From Lama guanicoe (taxonomy: Eukaryota): a stretch of DNA of 64,000 bases. The position numbers and the translations under genes are program-made. The stretch spans positions 3,588,470-3,652,469 of the forward strand of contig MU053933.1 in the NCBI GenBank assembly GCA_013239625.1, given 5' to 3'. This document shows positions 12,501-24,500 of this stretch, one piece after another. The notes under the pieces are model-generated. The model ran no database searches. It had not been told where the DNA came from and saw only the letters and a program-made list of their open reading frames with translations. Position 1 is the stretch's first letter, and each line of letters begins with the position of its first letter.

Positions 12501-15500
12501 CCCGCAGGCCCCGTGGCCCACGCCCGCATAGGTCAGTAACAGCCGCGGAGGCCCCAGGCAGGGCGCCCCTGCACCACCCAGACCTACCTTCTTTTCATCC
12601 AGAAAATGTCCTTTGGGTAACAGAAGTGGTTCTTGATGCTTCTGTGGCTTGGCAGGCCCAGACCCAGTGGTATGGGGGCCTCTCTGGGGGCCCTGATGAG
12701 TGCCTGGTCTCCTGCTCTGGTGGACAGTCCCTGACGATGGGGGACCTGCTGCCTGCATGCTGCCCCACCCTCATTCTTCCACGTGTCCTGCGCTGGGTGT
12801 GCGAGGCAGGGATGGGGCTGTAGTCTTCCGCACACCAAGTTAGACACCCCCTAGCCTGGGGAGAAGTGTCAGAGTTAGTCATAGAGTTGCACAGATCTTT
12901 TCCAAATCACCCCATCCTTTGAATTACATTAACCTTAGGAAAACATTGCAAACATTCCATCATTTGAAATCATGTTTTTTAAACAATAACGTTTAAATAA
13001 TAACGTAGCTGGCACACAAGACCCACACGTGTTCTTGCACTCATGCCTTAGAAAGGAGTCCTCCTCGACGGTGCATCGGTGCTGCTGGAGCGTGTCTTGA
13101 CACCATTTTTTCTAGAGTGGAGGGAAGAAACCTGACGTGGCACAGCAGCCCTGAGACCACTCAGCTGGCGCAAGGTGGAGCCAGGCTGACTCAGTTCTGA
13201 GTCCTGTTCATTTTCTTTGCTGTTGGTTGCTGTTCTGCTGAAACTGAAATGGCACATCAGCAGTGCACCTGTGACCACTGGGCAGCGTTCCCAGGTCCTA
13301 GAGGGTTAGACACCCCCAGCAGGTGCTGGTCTCAGGTGCTGAGCTACTTTCACGTAAAGCTTGGTCATTAGCTGGACAGGGTGTTCTGAATGCCTGATGT
13401 CTTCAGCCTCAGCGTCCTCACTGTCACTTTTCATTTTTTCTTTGGTTGAGTCAGCACACCATGTCTGCATATTTCTCTTGAGCTTGTGTCTTCTCTGTGA
13501 TGTGAGTCTTAGAGGAGAACTCACGATGCCTCGACCTGCTTCCATGAGCTGCCAAGACTGCCGGGGTCGGGCTGTCAGGTGTCCTGGGCAGCGTGCTTTA
13601 TGAGAAAAGGCCCCTTGAGAAACAGCGCCTGGATTGTTTTGTTAACTTTCTTGGGGGTCCTACAAATGGCTGGTGGTTACCCACCTGTCCTCAGTGGCGT
13701 CTACGGTGCAGAGCTTGACAGCAGCCTAGGCGATCTGCTTTTCCTGTGAGTCATGGTGATAGCTTACTGGCAGTAGGCAGTGGCTCCAGTGTGGGAAACG
13801 CTGGTGTTTGAATGTTCTCTTAGCATAGGTCAGCCTCCTGCAGTAGAGCAGGTGCTCGTGGCTTGACTGTCTCAGCCGGTGCTAAGCTGTCATAAACACT
13901 GCTTCCTGGTGGGATAGAAATAAAAGCATTTTTAACATGGAAAACTGACCGCAGTTCAGAATGTTTGACCATAGAGCCCTGACTTCCCTGTGGCCGTGGG
14001 GTCTTTTGACTGTACTTGTATTTGAGTTGGTGTCTTCATTCTCTGAAAGATCCTGGCTGTAAGGACTCACAGGCAGGTTTATCACCTCTGGGGGTAGAGG
14101 ACTCCTGACGTCTGCAGGTGTGGCTGGGAACACCTCTCCTCCTGTCCCACTCGCCTGGTCTCACGTACATGCGTGATGAGTTCCAGTTAGTTCTACAAAT
14201 CTTAACTTGGGCTCCGCCTAACACCCTACTGCTGTCTGCAAGCTTCATAGGCCAAGTGTTTAACTGGAGATACTCCATTTCCTCTCCTTTTCATAAAAAC
14301 CGCCCTTGTTTTAGTTTCTAACACTAGAGAATTCTTCAGTTTGGGCTAAAGAAATATAGAAAGAAGACTATAATAGGTAAAAAATTTGAGGTAGAAAATG
14401 TTAGGTAAAGGTAATTTAAAAATAAATGTCATTTTCAATTTTGAGTTAAAGAAAATCAAATACATAAAACTTTGGGATGCAAATTAAATACCTGTATCTA
14501 AAAGCAGTACTTGTAATGTAAGTACAGTAGTTCATTTTTATTTTGAGTGCAGTTTGTTTATTTTTATGCAGATATTTTAAAAACTACTTTGTAGTTAAGA
14601 TTACCGTTTATTCCTTTTTTCATAAATAATGTAAAAATCATGCTTTCTTTTTGCTAGATTGGGAAGGGTGAGGAGATTTTAAACTCAGAACACTGACAGG
14701 TATACTTTAAAATGCTAATTCATCGATATCAAGCTTTTTCCGGGGTTGTAAAATCTCTTGTCATTAAAGTTAGGTGTTTCCAAATGGTGTTTTCTGCCGT
14801 TGTTAATGGTGAGTTTGCGTTTTGCTCCCATGTAATTTCATCTCTCTACATATTTAAAAAATTCTTAGTTTGCATTCTGCCTAGGTCATGAAATGATAGA
14901 TAAATGATTGGAATTTTAAAGTGTCTGCATCTGTGATGGCAGGAGCATTCATTTAAAAATTAAACAGATTACAGATCAGTGTCGATTCTCACGAGTGGAC
15001 GAGTGTTGCCGTGGTCCAGACCTGATACTCTCCAGACTCAGTGGTAGCAGTGGTCTGTAGCAGCTTGCAGCCAGCCGGTACCCGAAAAGATACACGTGCC
15101 TCATCGTGAAAACGAAACACAGAATGTGCAGACAGCGGAAGGAGTGACCTTAAACATTTTCTGTATCTAACATAGTTTGTTTTTAAATGGGACATTGGTA
15201 CGTTCTGCCTTAAAGACCTGATTGCAGCCTCTTAACAGTGAGATGTATTAAACTGCCAGGAGGGTAGTTTTTATGTTTTAGGTTTATTCTTTGATGACTG
15301 CAGAGGTTTTGTGTCTTTGTGATATCCAACTTACTTTTTGGGGGAATAGGAGTAAGTTATAGAAGCCTAGCTATTTTCATAATATAACAAAAAATAGTCC
15401 AATAAAAATTGATTTCAAAATGTGTTTCTGCTTCATTGAGGGAGATTTCTAGTAAAATGTCATTAGACCGTTAGGAAGGCAAGTTACTCACGCCTGTCCC

Positions 15501-18500
15501 TGTGCTGTCATTGTGGTTCTGGTCTAGTTCCCTCTGAGCACCGGATGCCATATGCATGCAGAGCTGGACGTGCCATGCCGGGGAGTTCAGAGTTCACAGG
15601 ATCCTGGCATGGCCTGGTCAGCCAGAAGAACAAAGCCGATCGGAATGCTACATTCCTTGCTTAGAGCTCAACTAGTGAAGCTTTAGTCAGTGGGGTTTAA
15701 ACAGCAGCTTGGTATTAATGTTCTTTTATCTTGGGTTTGTTTTTCAAAAGCAGATTTGCACTCTGCCCCTCCTGATGTCACCACGGGCCTCGTGCAGCAC
15801 CAGAATGCTCACAGAGAGCGCCCACAGCTGGCTTCTGTGAGAGGAGTCCCTCGAGGGTGCGGTGGGAGCGTCCTGGAGACGGCGGGAGGTAAGCATACCT
15901 CTCTTCCTCCTTTTCAGATAGCAGAACACAGGTATTGCACCTCACCTTGGTGTCTTCTTCTTAGCGAACCTGAGCCGGTCATCAGTTACAATCCTAGTGC
16001 ATTTAAATTGCCCACGTGTGTATCACATGGAGAAATAATCAGGAATAGCCTTGGAGTTGGTCAGATGAGGAGCGAGGAAAGTAGGGGGAGAAAGCCTTCA
16101 CATTTGAATTGCATGTGCCAGGTGTTTGGATCTGTGGTATTGGAGGAGAACGAGAAGCAGGGGACGTTTCTTTCTGTGGACAGTGTGGGATTAGTGTGAG
16201 CGTGGCCCCGCCGGCAACAGCAGCCCCCACACCCTCCCTCCTGCAGGTCGTGTTTTCCCGTGTGCAGCCCCGAGAATTCAGTGCGATTCTCATTTCCTCA
16301 TTTGTACCATTTCCTTTCGAGACAGCTTCCAGTGCCTTTTAACAAGATCACATAGAGTTTTCTTTCCAATGTACCAGATTTGAGTGGCAGGAAAATTCAG
16401 AGGATCTCCAGTCTAAGACCTAAACGTGTTTTGATGCTCCCAAGCAGTCGGTCAGATTTTGTTGAGGTCTTTCAGCTCCTTGTCCAGATGCAAAAGGAGA
16501 AGCTGAGTCAATGTGAAGCAGGCTTTACATTGGTTAGATAGATTTTTAAATTTCATTTGTTACTCTTTATATTTTAAAAACAGTAAGAGCTTAGTTGAGG
16601 CATAACTGACATGTAACCTTCTGCACAGACTTAAAGTGTACAGTTTTGTAAGTGTTAAGACTCGTGTGCACCGTGAAACCGCCACCCGAGCCAGCACACC
16701 TAGTCCCTCACAGCTTCCTTATGCCCTTCGTTGCGGTCCTGGCCGCTCTTTGTGGCTCCCCTCAGGCAACACTGATTTACTCTGGGCACTATTAGATGAG
16801 TTTACATTTCCTAGGATTTTATATAAATAGAATCATACAGCATTCACTCTCCATTGGCTGGCTTCTCCCACAGATTCATCCATGCCCTTCATGCATCAGC
16901 GGTTCGTCCCTTTTATTGACGACTAGTATTTCATGCTATGAATGTGCCATCGTTTATCTTTTTCCTGCCGATGGATGTTTGGTGGTTTCCAGTTTTTAGC
17001 TGTTGGGAGTGAAGCTGCTGTGGCTGTTCTTTCACAGATCCCCGTGTGGATGTATACTCTCATCTCTTTTTGGTCAGCACCTAGGAGCAGAACAGCTGGA
17101 ACACAGTAGGTTTATGTTTTAGCTTTTTAAGAAATTGCCAAAATGAGTCCCAAAGTGGCTGCACTGTCTCCCATTCCCAGTCCCTCCATATCCCTGCCAG
17201 CAGCCAATGGCGCTGGTTTTAAATTGTAGCCCCCCTCACAGGTGTGCAGAGGCACCTCGTTACAGTTTTAACTTGCGTCTCCCTGATGACCGATGACGGT
17301 CTTTTCATGTGCTTATTTGCCATCCGTGTATCTTTTTAGAAGAGTCTGTTCAGATCTTCTGCTTATTTTTTAACAACGAGTGTTTGTGGTCTTGTTAAGA
17401 ATTGGGAGTTCCTTACATGCTCCTGTCAGGTTTCTGGGCTGTGTTCTTCCCCGTCTGTGCTTGGTTCTCGTTCTCTTACTGGTGCCTTTCAGAGAGCAGA
17501 AGCTTTAATCTTGACAAAGTCCAGTTTACCAGTTTTTTCTTTTATGGTGTCTGTGTTTGTGTCATATCCAAGATATATTTTCCTAACCCAAGGTCATAAA
17601 GGTTTGCTCCTATATTTTCTCCTAGAATTTCATAGTTTTAGGTTTAGGTATCTGACCCATTTTGAGTTAAGTTTACTATCAGTGTAAGATAGGAAGCTGA
17701 GTTCACTTTTCTGCGTGGATGTTCAGTTGTTCCAGGATCATTTAACATAACGGTTGTTCTATCCCCACTGAGTCTCTTTGGCCTCGTTGATGAGGATCGT
17801 TGGGCCATGGTGAGAGGGGTCTGTGTCTGGGCTCTGTGTCCTGATCCTCCACTTCATCTGTCCGACCTTACATCAGTACCACACTGTCATCATCTTTTTA
17901 TATGTGGGTTTTTATATGTGGTTTTGTAATAAATCTTAAAACTGTAGTTTTTTTCAACTCTTCATGTAAAAAATTGCCTTAGCTATTCCAGCTCGTTTGC
18001 ATTTTAATATATATTTTAAAATCACTTTGTTAATTTCTACCAAAACTCCTGCTGGGTTTTGAGTGGTATTTCATTGACTCTCTAGATCGATATGGAGAGA
18101 ATTGGCGCCTTAACAGTATTGTGTATTTTAATTGATATATGGGATATATATCTCTCCATTTACTGAGCTCTTTTAAAAATCTTTTCCAGCACTATTTTGT
18201 AGCTTTCAATGTACAGATACTGCACATATTTTATTAAAATTATCTCAAAATATATTTTTGATGCTATTGTAAATGGTATTTAAATTTTATTACTTTTCTG
18301 GCTTTATTACAGTGTCTAGACTTCCAGTAACATCAATTAGAAATGTTGAGAGTGGACATAACTTGTCTTCTTTCCAATTTGAGGGGGAAGTATCCATTTC
18401 TGCAATTTTTAATTGTGACGTTAGCTGTGGGTTTTTCATAGATGCTCTTCATCAGGTTGAGAATGTTCCTTTTTTCCCTAATATCCTGAAAATTTTTATC

Positions 18501-21500
18501 ATGATTTTTGTTAAGTGATTTTTTTAACCTGTTAAGCTCATCATATGGTTTTCTTTTGTAGTTTGTTAACATAGTAAATTTCATTGATTGGTTTTTGAAG
18601 ATTAAGCCAAAGCTGTATTCTCAAGACCAACCCCACGTAGTTGTGGCGCGTTACCCTTTTTATGTGTTGTGGATTTGATTTGCTAAAGTCTTGTTAAGGA
18701 TTTGTGTCTGTGTTTGAGATAAATACAGGTTTTCATGATTCCACTCAGGTGCCACGTTCCTGGCTGAAACAGCCCCGGAAGAGCACGTTCTGGTGCGGGG
18801 GACGCCCGCCTGCCCCCACGCCTGGCCAGAGTGATGTCCAGCTCCCCACGATCGTCACCCTCTTTTCTTGTGAACCCAGTAGGCAGTGTGAGGACCACAC
18901 ACATGCATGACCTCATCCTCATCTTACTCTCTTGCACACTTCACAGCCGCTGTGTCGTTCTGCCAGATGCAGCGTTTACTGCGATCGTGCTGAAGTACGT
19001 CCCCACTTCGGTGCTCCACTGACACTGACGGGTAACTCTCCGCACTCTGTCTTCTTCCTTCCTGCCTCCCTCCCTCCCTCCCTTCTTTATAAATACCTGT
19101 CTTCAGGAAGGACTCATGGACCTCTGTTTTCTCAGATGTTATAAATCATTATGTTTCTTAACTATTTTGATGCACAAATTGTCCACATTCAGCTGGTGGG
19201 GTCGGGCACAGCTGAGCTGTGACACCATTTTTACTCACTGTCTTATATTCTGTCATAACGTGCGTCAGAGTCACTTTCTGCTCTGGAGCCCTGGCCCTGG
19301 ATTAGCTATTTCTCAAGGAGCAAGGAAGGAACTGAAGCCTGAGGCCTGGTGCCGAGCGTGCTCACTCCACTGCAGTGCCACTGCTCCTCCGGCTCCCGGC
19401 TTAAGCAGTGCGCTGCGAATAGACACACGCGTGTGTTCCCACATGTGCACACACACCTACACGTACGAACACATGTGCACACAGATGGGCACAGCAGATG
19501 CATCTGTGAAATCATGAGTCCACACCCAGGCCTCCCACGCTGGTCTTCATGTGTGGACGCCTTCCCACAGCAAGAGCCTGGGTGCACAAGAAAAGAGGGT
19601 GACGATCGTGGGGAGCTGGACATCACTCTGGCCGGGCGTGGGGGCAGGCGGGCGTCCCCCGCACCGGAACGTGCTCTTCCGGGGCTGTTTCAGCCAGGAA
19701 CATGGCACCTGCGTGGAATCATGAGGAACCTGAATAAATGCAGAAGGAAGTGTGTTGTACTCAGTGAAACAAAGAACTAACTTTCAAAATTCCAGTGTTA
19801 CAAAGATCAAAGAAATATTCCAGATTAAAGGGGGCTAAGAAGGGAGGCCAGTGAGTGCAGGGCTCAGTTCTGGGCCCGTTTCTGGAGGACGGGGTGCTGT
19901 TAATGATTACCGAGGACACCAGAGAACTTTTAGTTTACATGAGTTTCTCTGGATATTTATTGTTAAAAATTAAGACTGAAAATTTAAAAAACTATTTATT
20001 ATCTCATTTTAAAATAACAGTAATAAACTCAGTACAACCCAAATATCTGACACACAAGACGCAGTCAAACGCACAGGCCTGTTCCCTATTGTTGCTGGGC
20101 CTGCATGGCTGTGTGGCTGGGAACCCTCTCCTGTGCGCGTGCAGAGAGGGGAGGGGAAGAGCAGATACCAGCTAATGTGACATAGGGGTAGTTTGACCGC
20201 ATGAAGCCCCTGAAAGGGTCTCAAGCACCCCCAGGGGCCCCTGGATCACTTTGAAAACAGCTCAGTTAGGACAAGTTCCAGTTCCTGGAAGGCTTCAGTA
20301 AATACTGAACTGAAATAAACGAACTAATAAATTCCAGCCTGGCTATTTGACGGGCTGGTGCTGGGTTGGATTCACAGGTTCCGACGTGTTCACGTAGGTG
20401 GTCTCTGGGCCTGGTGTCCGCCCCTGGCCTCAGCCCTCCTCCTTCTGTGACAGGTGTCCCTGTGAACAGCAGGGTGTCCTCCAAGATCCAGCAGCTTCTG
20501 AACACACTGAAGAGGCCGAAGCGCCCTCCGCTGAAGGAGTTCTTCGTGGATGACTTTGAGGAGTTGTTGGAAGGTGAGCATTCTGGCCCTGGCCCTTGGC
20601 CCCCAGTTGTGTGAATGGGGTGGCCATTACGGTGGAGACACAGACAAACACACCTTGAACCTGGGTTATCACTGTGACTTTATAACACAGCCGAGTGTGT
20701 TTCCAGACTCTGGTCACTGTGTGTGATGGAGGAACAGCATCACATGTGGCCACTGGCTTTGTCTGACAGGTAGAAGGCTCACTGCTCCTGCGCAGCTAAG
20801 AGGTGTGTCCCTGCCTCTGGGCTGTGCATCATGCTTTGTAGGAATACTTTGAAGATTTGATTTTACTGACACTATTTAAATTTTTATTTAAACTCTAAAT
20901 CCGGAATACTTATATTCCCTTTGTTTTAAAGTATTATATTTTTAGCAAAGCTTGGGCTCCTTTTCAGAATTCTAGCCTGTCACTTATGAATTATATACAT
21001 ATTTAGAAAAAAAGAATATAGACTTACTTTTAGAAAGCAAATGACCAAGAAACAGAAAGGAGTATAAATGTGTAGAAGAGGAAGAGAAGTAAAGCGCCAC
21101 ACCGGACACCGGTGTGCGGCGTGAGCCTCGGGGGCGCACGGCTCTGCCCCTCGGGCCAGCTCCATTGTCTCCTTTGAGCTCGACGATTAGACATGGTGTC
21201 AGTGCAGGTTTCTGTAATCACATCACACCTTTCAGATTCAAAGTTCCATGCTGTGAATGCTTTTTAGGACTGTCTTTCTTACATTTAGGCAAATTTGGGT
21301 TGCATATCCACTGGAAATGTAGTAGGTTTTACTTTCTTTTTTCTTCTGACATGGTTTGGGTGCCCAAACTGAAGTGTTGCACCCACTTTCCCTTTGTACG
21401 TGGGGTGAGTGCCTGCTTCCCAGGTGTCGTCAGGGTCGGCCGAGACCCAGGCCCGTTCGTCCCTGCTGCACTCGGGGTCGTGTGGGGTCAGGGTCACCAG

Positions 21501-24500
21501 GACTCGTCCTGGCCCGTGGCTGGGTCCCTTTCCGTCCTTAGCCATGGGGCTGTGATGACACTAATGATAAGGCGATCCAAATTTCCTGATGGTAGCCTTT
21601 TATTATTGGTGTTTTTCAGAGAAGAAAACTATGAAATGTGAGTGCTTAGCAGACGAATGTGTGCCTGGTTCTGTGAGGTGCTGATTTTACGTCTCTGTTT
21701 TTCTTGCAGTGCAGCAGCCAGATCCAAGCCAGCCCAAGCCCGAGGGCAGCCAGATGGTGGTGCTGAAGGGGGAGCCCCCGGCCATGGGCACTGACTGGCC
21801 GCCCTCGCTGCTGGCCGCCTTGCAGCAGTGGGGCACCACGCAGCCCAAAGCCCCGTGCCTGACCGCCCTGGACACTGCTGGGAAGGCCGTCTGCACCCTC
21901 ACCTACGGCAAGTGTCAGCAGAGAGCAGCCGGACTCCGGCTTAGCTGTGAGGCACTGTGTGTTGTGGTGCAAACACACCTCTGGGTGCACACGAGGGAGC
22001 AATCTTGACACACTCACTCAGATGCTGGGTAGACAGAGCCCTGCCTCCCCCCAGGCGCCCTTCCAGATCACTGCCCTTGCCGCACCCAAGGGGACGCTCC
22101 CTGCCCGGTGGTTCTGAGAGTTCACATCTGTGTACAGTTCTGAACAGCGGGGTTTAGTTTTGTCTGTGTTGACTTTGTACAAATGGCATCGAGCAGTGCA
22201 TATTGTTTGTGCTTGCCATCTTTTGGTTCCATCTTGTTTTTATGTAACACGATCTTGCACACTTGGCTCAGTGCGTTTTCACAGAGCTCTCAGCCTAGAG
22301 GCACTTCCGGTCCCGAGACCCTGAGTCCCGCCGGCCGAGGCCAGTGCCCTGCCGACTGCTGGGCGTGGGCGGGTTCTGTGAAGGCTCGGCGTCATCCATG
22401 AGACTCTCCCGTGTACTCTGTGCAGCGTGGTTCGTTCACCCTCACCGATGGATGGTACTCCATCCTGAGAACACACACTCTGCAGTAGGTGGACATCTGG
22501 GTTGTGTCTACGGCAGGCTACTGTGTGTGCTGTCATGCATGTTCTTGGTGGGTCTGCTGGGGGACGTGTGCTGCTGTGGGCTGAGGAGTCACAGGTCAGC
22601 GTCAGGACGTGCTGCCAACCAGTTTTCCCAAGTGTCCCAACATCTGCACTCCCCCCGCCCTGTGGGAGGAGTTTCAGTTGCTCCACATCCTCTCAGCACC
22701 TGACTGTCCACTTCCTTTTAGTCTTCCTTGGCGTAGGGGGGCTGCTGTCAGGTCCTGGTGCTCATTTTCACTCCCTGATGGCTGAGGGGCTTTTCATGCA
22801 TGTTTTGGCACCTGAGTATCTTCTATGAACTACCCAAATCTTAGGCTCATTTTTATATTTGGTTGTTAACGCTTTCTTGCTTCTTTTTGTTTTAGATACA
22901 CACCTTTTGTCAAATACATGTTTTACAGACATCTCCACTCTTTGCACTACCTTTTAACACTTTTAATTGTGGCTTTAGAGAAATAAGAAGTCTTAACCTA
23001 ATGTAGTCTAATTCATCTATTTTTTCCCCCTTTTATATGGTGCTTTTTTGTCCTGTTTAGGAAGTCTTTGCCAAACCTAAGGTCACAAAGATATTCTATC
23101 TTTTCTTCTAAAGACTTGTTTTATCTTTCACATTCAGGTGCTATGGTCCACATATAGTTTAGTTTTGTGTGTGATGTGAACGTCTGACTGAGCCACTGTC
23201 GCTTGTTGAGAAGGCACCTTCCCCTGGGTGCGGCTTTGTCATGTCAGGTGAGCAGTGTGCTCGTGGGTCTGTTCTGTCTCACCACCTGCCGCCCCCCGCA
23301 TTCCCTGAGTTACCACAGGTGAGAGTCTGTGTCTGAATGTGAGTCCTTCAGCCTGTGATTGTTCCTCAAGATTTCCTTGACCATCAGCCCTTTGCATTTC
23401 CAAATGAACTTTAGAATCAACTTGTCCTTTTCCAGAAAAATTCTTGTCAGGATATTGATTGGCACTGCATTGAATCCATCGTTCAACTTCAAAAGAATCA
23501 ATATTGTCACAATTAGGGAACCTTTCAGTTCATGACCCTAGAATATTATCCCCTTTTAAGGCCTTCTTGAGTTTCTCTCAGGAATAGTTTATACTTTTGA
23601 GTACAGAAATCTTCATTTTCTTTCATTAGATTCATTCCTATTGTAAGGAATGATTAAACTTTTTTCCTACTCATTTGTTGCTTATAAAGAGAAATGCAAT
23701 TGATTTTTTAAATGGTGACTTTGTATCTAGTAATCTTGTTAAATTAACATACTAATTATTTTTGGCTTATTAATTGTAATTTTGGATATCCTTTGTGCAG
23801 AAGTCATAGCACCTGTGAACAATGCCAATATTATTTTGGCTTTTTGTTTCCTTGTTTCTTTCCTCATTGTGCGAGCTGGAAACACCAGTGCAGTGTGGAG
23901 CCCTCCTCTGTCTTAGGTGGAGAGCGTTTGGGCTCAATGTGCGGTGTTTACTGTAGCTTGTTTACTTGTTTTATGGCAGAAATTCTTTGTCAGTTAATGA
24001 AGGTCCCTTCTGCTCCTAGTTTGCTAAAAGGTTTTCATCTTGGATTGTCTTTTTCTGTTCTGTCAATGTGATCATATGGTTTCTCTGCCCTCCCCCACTA
24101 ATTTGATGAATTCTGTTGATTAATTTTCAAATGCTAGGCAGCCCTTGCATTCCTGGAATAAATCCCACTTGGCCATGGTATCTTGTCTTTTTGGTAAATG
24201 CCTGGATCCTATTTGGCAGTGTGTTGTTTAGAGTCTGCATTTGTGTTCATTAGGGAGATCGTCTGTAATTCTTTAAGAAATGAGCTCACCGCCCACCTAT
24301 GAGGAGGTGGGCTGCTGGCAGCCTGCACCTGTCGTATTCAGCCTTCGGGTCCAGGTCATGTGAGGTGTTGGGACAGGGCCGGTGTCTGCTCAGCATGGAC
24401 TTTCATAACGAGAGAGCCGACTCCCGGGTCGCCCTGTGGGGCTTGCAGAGACTGTGGTCCGCTGGCATCTCCTGCCCACCCTGGCTGTCTCCCTTTTCCC

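Noticed and set aside
12035..12823. 262-aa ORF and the many other 100-240-aa ORFs in GC-rich introns
   Set aside because: They are off-frame overlaps of DIP2A exons or stop-poor GC-rich sequence, often with GTG/TTG starts and no recognisable domain.
18726..19732. Inverted repeat as DNA-transposon TIRs or a circRNA driver
   Set aside because: There is no TSD or transposase, the arms look L1-derived, and no exon lies between them.
21912..21917. GT donor (GTGTCA) for exon ~8
   Set aside because: It adds 4 nt and breaks the frame with the next exon; GCAAGT matches the consensus better at +3 to +6.
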